From Trichomonas gallinae (Eukaryota): a DNA stretch of 34,948 nucleotides. How positions within the stretch are numbered: the stretch's first letter is position 1; each line of letters opens with the position of its first letter. Below, piece after piece: positions 29,201-34,948 of the stretch. The stretch lies in assembly GCA_008369845.1 (NCBI GenBank), contig MRSU01007319.1, forward strand, positions 1-34,948. The letters run 5' to 3'. The position numbers and the translations under genes were made by a program. The notes below the pieces were generated by a model. It did no database searches. It was not told the origin of the DNA and saw only the letters and a list, made by a program, of their open reading frames with translations.

Positions 29201-29576
29201 AATCTTGTTTTCTTCCGTTATATGTATAAATTAGCTGAGAAGGATCAAGTATTTTGCCTAAATACTTGATCAGTTTATAATTTTTCTTCGTAGAAAATGT
29301 CCAAATAATTATTCCGATTGATGTTTTGATAAAATTGACAGTAGCAAGTTCTTCATTGGTATTCAATGTTGCAACATCGAGAATCTTTTCTAATATTGGC
29401 GGAAAAAGTTCAAAAACGAGAATTTCTGTATAATCTGTATAAGGTGGGGGCAAGCCTTTGAGCTTTGCCTGTTCAAGCATGCTAGAAAGTTTGGTCAGCT
29501 GTGGAGCAAAACTACTACCTTCAGTTATGGCGACAGTAAGGACCGCACATAAAGTATCAGGATCATAATCTTGCAT
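23247..29576 (-). CDS. Large ubiquitin-specific protease (clan CA, family C19), USP9X/USP24/USP34-like architecture
   Basis: Cys box GLNNLGATCYINSTLQ, QQDAHDF, LPPYLIVQLKRF, His box VVVHQGDADVGHYFSY and FND. A UBL-like segment (ESVATLKPLIAKEL) precedes the catalytic domain, with helical flanks. Inr TCATTA lies on the minus strand at 29591-29596. Confidence 0.92.
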   Translation of the reverse strand: MQDYDPDTLCAVLTVAITEGSSFAPQLTKLSSMLEQAKLKGLPPPYTDYTEILVFELFPPILEKILDVATLNTNEELATVNFIKTSIGIIIWTFSTKKNYKLIKYLGKILDPSQLIYTYNGRKQDSPYSTLLMDFANHAKSKFLPTFLFGLLSKNELQINDFVCVFDILRRLSSYLGSNVVFSKVEQQSQTISTAIHNQIQVDNDRNLNHKQIITIFDYIFECTINPIIISCALAVIHRFLKSEIAEVKMSGFRLAKIIFGKVMSGTSQLSPEEIELLSLIINSAQTLESFEVIKPIFTNFANHGTLPNELVHKLYNAVNSQHISIVPQCQNIFADIALQMKNPDVILEIPDLAPAIQGRLLEGHQYSRTVSILLWSKVKDDPSLIEILTRTASKTDLGDLLQQAVELAKEKEFTAKIISFIDAVLSNTKAVFFPSPLINACIENEINQEIVTKLVSIVSKSHAFFSSEQIQAIFVHLSDEFKCTFFSMILPENGFCLCGEDSYDAIVNIINNTDKSTIGILKHSYLNVKDSAADPVLIARVIDAAYEKLWAQAMNDDEEARQMLLSVKEKSDLPQTLTILTERALKCIKEHPHEALVICNECLKVANDHISPLSLGFKQHKVSFNNELVTIKVTSQVKNFTVQCLRHESVATLKPLIAKELDIEEAAVIIYHNKSALKNGFIRDLNPLEIEARILNEYSASAHFTKENHPISILLSHINELLDLLKSNFALDALNVLEQLPTPHDYSIQQLIFNEPYIYLYQIQYVFSNQEKCAEIIPTVREIFENNFDSLLPDSRLLSLKLIKDGTEKLIDTLVKLVEIPNDSLFDQLSSMLIDLIKNFETKISKENLVKLIFDNRRNFVEKLLDTKLIKSQPFDEIWNIFIAREDKLAHVYIFCHLPVDLVYASEFESILRSFNTTEKEVLLCLADLCERWPEFPVNSYDDFMIDNYVKCINKDVCIAAAPFSLIKSMMDRSQQFKEKVINLFGVNFPSNAPWGYAPLDEGRNADTNRCGLNNLGATCYINSTLQVLFSIEPFRNFIISTEFEDEGLKALRVLFTKMQYSDSKFVDMHEFASHWKDWDNQPINPREQQDAHDFLLQLFLKLETYPISSLFSGETASHFRGVNNDFHTSNADTFNSLQFPIKNIKTIEDSLRIFFAPETINEYRSEQYPEPFTVERYTTIERLPPYLIVQLKRFDFSLETGMRFKIDTEFDVPDSFTINDSKFKLIGVVVHQGDADVGHYFSYSKTDKWSVFNDIAASNSSVEEAVSTINAVREYGTSAYLCFYVNENAEVVEKYELVPDQQILDSIIKENKRLIQDRVYFSNEFVNFVCELIDKQDCHKSIANYLMYVLSHSANADNFEKLVNKAIEQFDNGMFEILKELFDVNGTEVIKDILVQSPVPRIRLVLARLLKEIFKRLPLENEMIIVLMAMLMEYSHDILANWRNSFDIFMIFEVFSEIDQEHAQYLYSLDIDSLLINFVTQSIPDFVKDKANGASADRFKRITDPSHIINTLVNMQVPESVFTPSFMKWIISSEKIGDSIINLIQKLKVKNVEKFIDCGSPISEELIISLCEKTTFIVPRSWLEKGSLATSEAYGRMVRALMNVENLEQFATKNYELMSALLLCQDTVISGDCIEVMKKKATENAVKAYSRLVTFIPPLSKQRYHGVSVNAAGSFDYFPGFPFLNALRELIENNPIGADIPLYTKALQDTAAIGGKFDAHTICLIELACTAAVLANSDGKDLENLLDIVRKSFDILDQKISHREYAIKAYISALKYAVEKTKLGVDAILPENASNIVAEVITTNKAPSAVSAVVELAQECSKRYANASRLYKIILFNLSKGTTPQLFHILTFFKNDCIQANGTYLFGKTESIKTLLVGATELSPSEHYFEQSMNFVQSMVYQATNQVADIMLKDPKIVTKYFTLAKNAKRGRNLVIKILMSIFEFAKDDLPGLFTNVGILGGELTDKERDEWISNLLLLILKLWMDTPPPPELLKHVGLEMSEHFKETKAFADIRATLNILIEVNRNIIRPANLAPLFATLDEQKVLDRPWRLEPMSNAPLDGLFAFTMTIAMNTHDQKQKESIIKAAEMWPDEPWHAKLASELKKH

Positions 29577-30829
29577 GCAAAAATTTTCACTAATGAATCG
29601 TTGTCATTTTTTATTTCAAATTTGACATTTGGCAAAATTTTAATGATTTAAATTTTCTTTCATATAATGGTTGTATAGATTAGTAGACCAACTTGTAGAT
29701 CCACACCAAAAGATGTCGAGAATATAACAATATAAATATCATCATCATTTTCGTATTTTCATTATAATGAAATAATAATTTTGACATATATACTATTGAT
29801 ATTTGACAATTTACATTGTGATGACATCATTTACTGGATTGAGAATTATTATCTTCAATACCATGGGGTCAAATAGATCAGAAACAGGCTGAGCCAATAT
29901 TGATTGCCTTACTCTATTTTCTTCCAAATTGCATCAGGAAATATCAAAATGGAAAAATAATCATTTTTGTCATGTAAAGTATAATTTTGCCAATCGGAAT
30001 GAATACCGACATTTAAGTCAGGATTGAGCCACAATATATACATTAGATAAAAAATATTGGAGCACAGAAGCAAATTTATTTCGAATGAAACTTCTACTCG
30101 AAATTCGTGGAGCAATGCTAATATTTTGATTATTAAATGTTTATTTTTAGTCAATATTACATCGATAGTTACGTTTAATTACCTTGAGTTGATATACTTG
30201 TTTCAAAGTGCTTGTTCATATAATTATTTCAAATTTGTATACAATTAATCATAGTAATTAAATGATAGTGAAAAAGCATATGAAAATGAAGTATTATGCT
30301 TTACATCCATATGAAATAGTATTACCAGTCTCTAATACGATTTTGTGCGGACAATAAGCAAAGAATATATTTACAGTTTGATAGATAAGAGTTTTAATTG
30401 CATATTATGAATATATACATGTTAATTAGTTATTTTACACTAATTAAAGTTCAATCATTTGAAATTAATCATTCACTCTTAATTAACCACCAATATTTGA
30501 GCATCTATTGATAAGCCCAATTTTATTTGCATATTTTTTTACGTCATTTTATACAATAACGATTTCAAATATTTTTGAATGATGGTTGTGTAAATTGATG
30601 TGAAAACCATGTTTTCATAATGACAGAACATCCAAATATCATAGGAAAAAATAAAATCCTCCATTTATTTTAATATAACATTGACTAGTAACGAGCATAT
30701 AGATTATGCAATTTTTCACGTAAAATTGACATTCAGTGAATAAATTCAAGTTTTTTTTGACAGTCATTTTTCTGAAATAGATAAATTTTTTTAGCTTTTT
30801 GAATTGTAAATAATCGTAAATCTTAGATA

Positions 30830-33800
30830 ATGATTTCTTTTCTTTTCTCAACAGCAGCGTGCGAATTTCATAATATTTGCCTATACACTTATTCAGAGCT
30901 ACTCGAATGTGATATAAAGGTAAGATATAAAGGAAAATATAACATTAGTACCGTCGATGGCAAAAATGCCTTTAATCAATTCTACGCAAGTATTCAACGT
31001 TGGGATAATTTAAATATTACATATAGTGGACTCAGCGAAGACGAATTTCCTATACCAGAAAGTAATGATGGAAAAGAGTTATATATCAAAATCGGACCAA
31101 GATCTAGCTGCCAACTGGATAATTTGGGAAACATTACTTTAATGAACAACCATATTTCTCATTTCATTACATTATCTTGCTATAAGGTAAATTTCAACGA
31201 CGTATTTACTGCTGCATCATTAACAGTGGAAAATTGTACACTTGCTCCAGTCCATTTGTTCGGTAACACAATCTTCACGCTTCAAAGTTCATTTTCTTTC
31301 TTTACAAAATTGCTCAATTCACCACTCAGTGATGGCACCTCTTCAGATATCGTTCCTCTGACTATAACTGATCTTAAGCTTCAAGAAGATAAATTAAATG
31401 ATAGTCCTACTTCTAGTGAAAGACAAATAATTATAAATAATTCCCTCGAAATATATGATACAAATCTCTATAGCATTAAAGTTCAAGACTCTGTTCAAGC
31501 TGACCTTCTCAAAGTTGAAATAACCAAAGACAGTGTTACAATTGCATTTTTCCTGCGTTTAGAAACTTTGGATTTGATTACTTTCAAATTCATCGATAGT
31601 GTGCCTCAGTCTACAAATTTACTCACATTTGAAGCTGGTGGTTCTACTCCGATGGCTTCAGAATTGAAAAATAACTTCAAACTCTACATTCAATCTAATT
31701 CGAAAAAAGCGTACATGAATATTAAAGTTTCTTCATCAAAATTCCTTAGTAAAGTTAAAGGAGGAGAAGTTAATCTTGTTAATACAGCCACCAATCAAAC
31801 AACTGAATCTACCACCTTAAAAATTATTAATGATGGCTCAAGTGCTTTAGACTTGGTCGGATTAGAACTGAAGATGATGGTTAATGCTCAAATAATTACA
31901 CAAGGAAACATAAACTTTGGTAAACTCTCAACGATTTACTCTGACAAGAATCTCCTAACGGTTTCTTCAGAATCTGGCAATTCAGAGATATCGTTCACAG
32001 AATTTAATGAAGGTAGTGTTAAAGTAGATTATGGAGGTGGCAGGATTATAGATATATACTCAATATTAAATCTTAAGATTTCAAAATCTGCAACATTAAC
32101 GCTCCAAAAAGCTAAATTACGTGGCCAGAATCTTAATATAAAGCTTGTTTCATTCTTAGAAAGTGAAAAAATGGTCTATGGCAACCTTAAAATCGGACAA
32201 CTCTTAAATGATGCGAACAATCAAATCAAAGATATCGACCTCAAGATCTCCTACGAGATGCCTAATCCAAATAAACAGTTAAGCAATGAAGAAGTTATAA
32301 GATACTTCGGTGATAGTAGTTATTCTTTCTTCAATTATCTCGGTTCATCAAATTTGAAATTCCATTTCCATCCAGAATCAAATCACCCTGGATTCATTCC
32401 TGGACAATCCATATTAAACGTTACAGAAGAAAACAATGCATATACGTTAGCATATGATACTCAACGTTACAAATCTTTACCAACAGTTTTTTGCTTCGCA
32501 CTAACTGATGATAATGAAAAATGTGATACAAACGCAATCATATTTAACTATGATAGTGATATTGATAGAGCAACGAATACAGGAAAAACGAAGACTCTCC
32601 TTACCGATAAGCTCAATTTTATCCTCCAGTTCGTTGATGATGATAGACAGGAAGTTAAATTCAACTATATTATCACAGACTACGCATACAGCAACTTTAA
32701 ATATGATACATTAAAACTTGACTTCTCCAAGCTGAAGAATAATAAGAATTATGAAATCCGTACTGGAACAGACTTCATGAACAGTCCAAAAATTGATTTC
32801 GATAATATTAGTGCTAATATTGAAGGTGCGAAACTCATTATCCGCAGCTTCAAGCTTCCTTCCGATAAGGAATATAACCCTAAATTTAACATGGTCTTTG
32901 AAAGCTGTAATTTCGAATCCCAAGCTCTCTCTGATGGCAAATACAAGATGAACGAGAATATTGAATGCATATTTGCCTACTTAGATCTTATATACCAATT
33001 TGCCGGTAATACCAAAATTTCCAGGCAATTTAAACTTGATAAATCACATATTGTAGTCAATGGTATTCAGCCACTACACATTCACAATATTACGTATACA
33101 GATAATGATTTTCTTATTTCTTTAAGATCAGTCGCTATTGATAACATTGTAGCATACAATAACACATTCCGCTGCACCGATCTTACTCTGAACATTGAAT
33201 ACTCTAAAGATGACAATTCATCGATGAACGTAGAATTCGTTCAATATGGATCTGGCGCAGTCAAGCTTGTGTACGAATCCACTAAAAACAAGACAGATTA
33301 TCCAAAGCTTATTATCCCTAACTTCATTGGTGGAATCACAATTGTTTCAGCCGAAAACGCATCATGGCCAGATGCTTTCAGAGATACAGAATCATTGATG
33401 ATTAACTTAAATCAGAGTGCAATGACACAAAATGATGCTGGATTCGACAAGATCACAGCTATCATTACTGACCTTACATCACCAAACTTAGGATTTTCCA
33501 CACATGGAAAATATAAAGCCTCAGATGATCTCGTATATTACATAAGAACACGGGACGCCAATTTACAACTTGGTGATACAAATTCACTTGTTCTGTTCGA
33601 TGAATTAGTTATGGATTCTTATTTCTACAACACAGTTAAAGTCGGCATTAAAGGATGCATCGTAGAAGTCGGATCTCTCGAAATTAAATATAAAACACCT
33701 GCTGAATTCGATGATTTGAAAGTCAAGGGCAGCATGAAGGTCTATCCTGGTGCTTCCATTAAACGTGCCGATGATACTAACTCACCAACTCAGCCTGAAA

Positions 33801-34579
33801 GTCCAAGCCAGCCATCCGAACCTGAAACATCTCCAAGCACAGAAACAACCCAAGCTGATCCAGCCACAGCCTCTAGATCGATTAGAGAAGGAACCTCCAG
33901 CCAACCACAATTCTGTGATATATTTGGCCAAAATGAAACAATATTATTATGGAATTCTAACGATTTCCCTTCAATCACTCTTCCAGCAGGCTGCAAGATC
34001 AACAGAGATCTTGTTATCAAGTTTAAATATGATGATTCTCTCCTTTCACAGTCAATCAATGCCACTAGCTTTATTGAAAGATATATCAACAGCAGCGCCG
34101 AGATCATTAAGAACCTTGAATTCGAAAATGGCTATAAAATTGTTACATCCGAATCCATCTTCCTTCCTCCAGACTTCCCAACAGATCAATATAAAGCAGT
34201 CAGCCCCATCATGAGCATGTCGTTTGACGGAGGTATTTTAAAGATTAATGCAAGTTCCGAATTCAATCAAGAGAAACTTAATTACATCAAGGCAGAAGTA
34301 CCACCGCCATCGGAATTGCAGGCAAATGATTTTGTTTATTTCAAGGATAACAAATCCAACGGTCTTCCAATCCTTATAGCTTTGTTCGTAGTTGTTGTTG
34401 TCATTATTATTGCAGCGTGGATCTATATGCACATTAAGTTCGGCTACACTCTCAAACAAGAGTCCAGTTCTGGCTCGTACACAACTGGAAGCTACGTCAG
34501 CGAGAAATCAAAGAAATCAGATTCTTCTTCTAGCCGAAAGAAGAGGAGATTATCTAGTTCAGACAGTGCATCACTTTAA
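30830..34579 (+). CDS. Large type I membrane (surface) protein of unknown family
   Basis: Short hydrophobic leader MISFLFSTAAC, beta-rich Asn/Ser/Thr ectodomain, P/S/T/E linker (about 33770-33910), single TM GLPILIALFVVVVVIIIAAWIYM (34361-34429) and a Ser/basic cytoplasmic tail. Confidence 0.85.
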   Translation: MISFLFSTAACEFHNICLYTYSELLECDIKVRYKGKYNISTVDGKNAFNQFYASIQRWDNLNITYSGLSEDEFPIPESNDGKELYIKIGPRSSCQLDNLGNITLMNNHISHFITLSCYKVNFNDVFTAASLTVENCTLAPVHLFGNTIFTLQSSFSFFTKLLNSPLSDGTSSDIVPLTITDLKLQEDKLNDSPTSSERQIIINNSLEIYDTNLYSIKVQDSVQADLLKVEITKDSVTIAFFLRLETLDLITFKFIDSVPQSTNLLTFEAGGSTPMASELKNNFKLYIQSNSKKAYMNIKVSSSKFLSKVKGGEVNLVNTATNQTTESTTLKIINDGSSALDLVGLELKMMVNAQIITQGNINFGKLSTIYSDKNLLTVSSESGNSEISFTEFNEGSVKVDYGGGRIIDIYSILNLKISKSATLTLQKAKLRGQNLNIKLVSFLESEKMVYGNLKIGQLLNDANNQIKDIDLKISYEMPNPNKQLSNEEVIRYFGDSSYSFFNYLGSSNLKFHFHPESNHPGFIPGQSILNVTEENNAYTLAYDTQRYKSLPTVFCFALTDDNEKCDTNAIIFNYDSDIDRATNTGKTKTLLTDKLNFILQFVDDDRQEVKFNYIITDYAYSNFKYDTLKLDFSKLKNNKNYEIRTGTDFMNSPKIDFDNISANIEGAKLIIRSFKLPSDKEYNPKFNMVFESCNFESQALSDGKYKMNENIECIFAYLDLIYQFAGNTKISRQFKLDKSHIVVNGIQPLHIHNITYTDNDFLISLRSVAIDNIVAYNNTFRCTDLTLNIEYSKDDNSSMNVEFVQYGSGAVKLVYESTKNKTDYPKLIIPNFIGGITIVSAENASWPDAFRDTESLMINLNQSAMTQNDAGFDKITAIITDLTSPNLGFSTHGKYKASDDLVYYIRTRDANLQLGDTNSLVLFDELVMDSYFYNTVKVGIKGCIVEVGSLEIKYKTPAEFDDLKVKGSMKVYPGASIKRADDTNSPTQPESPSQPSEPETSPSTETTQADPATASRSIREGTSSQPQFCDIFGQNETILLWNSNDFPSITLPAGCKINRDLVIKFKYDDSLLSQSINATSFIERYINSSAEIIKNLEFENGYKIVTSESIFLPPDFPTDQYKAVSPIMSMSFDGGILKINASSEFNQEKLNYIKAEVPPPSELQANDFVYFKDNKSNGLPILIALFVVVVVIIIAAWIYMHIKFGYTLKQESSSGSYTTGSYVSEKSKKSDSSSSRKKRRLSSSDSASL

Positions 34580-34644
34580 AAAAAAAATAAATTATAAAAG
34601 CGACTTTTATTTCATGGTAATTTATGAATTTTTCCTCCAAAGTT

Positions 34645-34710
34645 TGACATGTAAATATTTTTGAATTCAAAAATTGAAAGTTATAGGATAGATCTGACAT
34701 GTAAATATTT
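34645..34710. repeat. Perfect 16-bp direct repeat TGACATGTAAATATTT upstream of RPL3
   Basis: Copies at 34645-34660 and 34695-34710, exactly 50 bp apart. Confidence 0.85.
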
Positions 34711-34715
34711 GCAAA

Positions 34716-34743
34716 AAAGTGACGAAGGTTTGGTCCGTCCTTT
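34716..34743 (+). promoter_or_regulatory. RPL3 core promoter: AAAGTGAC (34716-34723) and CCTTT alternative-initiator (M5-type) motif (34739-34743)
   Basis: Both motifs are read directly. CCTTT is 12-16 nt before the ATG, as described for T. vaginalis ribosomal protein genes. Confidence 0.65.
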
Positions 34744-34754
34744 TTTCATAAGTA

Positions 34755-34948
34755 ATGTCTCATCGTAAGTTCAATGCTCCACGCCGTGGTTCACTCGGCT
34801 TCCTCCCACGTGGCCGCTCCCATGCCGTCCGTGGCCGCGTACGCAGCTGGCCAAAGGATGATGCTTCTAAGAAGCCACATCTTTGCGCTTTCATCGGCTA
34901 CAAGGCTGGTATGACACACGTTCTCCGTGATGTTAACCGTGCTTACTC
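34755..34948 (+). CDS. RPL3: 60S ribosomal protein L3 (uL3), 5' part, runs off the window end
   Basis: Manual translation [64 protein letters not shown]. Strongly biased codons (CGC/CGT, AAG, TTC). Absent from the ORF track. Confidence 0.97.
   Translation, partial: MSHRKFNAPRRGSLGFLPRGRSHAVRGRVRSWPKDDASKKPHLCAFIGYKAGMTHVLRDVNRAY

Noticed and set aside
14953..30851. Small AT-rich intergenic or edge ORFs (14953-15183, 16261-16446, 29909-30154, 30057-30248, 30639-30851)
   Set aside because: F/I/K/Y/N-biased composition typical of random AT-rich DNA, no motifs, and several overlap real promoters or starts.
33750..34214. 154-aa alternative-frame + ORF inside the surface protein
   Set aside because: It starts at a non-ATG codon and overlies the C/A-rich P/S/T linker, which lacks stop codons in other frames for compositional reasons.
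3749..34459. Numerous 60-173-aa ORFs antisense to or out of frame within long genes (e.g. 3749-4006, 9876-10121, 12264-12725, 21273-21602, 23347-23868, 33790-34107)
   Set aside because: They lie inside well-supported CDS, mostly in the codon-mirrored frame or in GC-richer interiors, and show no recognisable motifs.
1..34948. Spliceosomal introns or stop-codon reassignment
   Set aside because: I did not see the trichomonad ACTAACACACAG branch/acceptor motif, the genes read as complete single ORFs, and TAA, TAG and TGA all terminate credible genes.

Overview
AT-rich, gene-dense, apparently intronless eukaryotic DNA. It is most consistent with a trichomonad (Parabasalia, Trichomonas-like); this is inferred from TCA(C/T)T initiator, AAAGTGAC, AACCGTTT and CCTTT motifs next to start codons, plus typical gene families. 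I find 14 complete CDS and a 5' fragment of RPL3 that the ORF track misses. The CDS are: tandem-domain E2F-like factor, VPS9-like protein, LRR protein, LEM2/MAN1/Src1-type inner nuclear membrane protein, TKL-type pseudokinase, degenerate bromodomain-like protein, protease-dead acylated M60/TCAF-like protein, divergent PP2A B55, NBP35, coiled-coil protein, a 65-aa Cdc26/APC12 candidate, UTP15, a large USP9X/24/34-like deubiquitinase and a type I surface protein. There is no rRNA, tRNA, CRISPR or intact mobile element that I can support. The most interesting signals are the small Cdc26-like ORF, the LEM-MSC protein, several catalytically dead paralogues, a possible decayed DDE integrase near 1.0-1.5 kb, and repeated motif clusters in many intergenic regions. 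All family calls come from motif recognition by eye; no searches were run.
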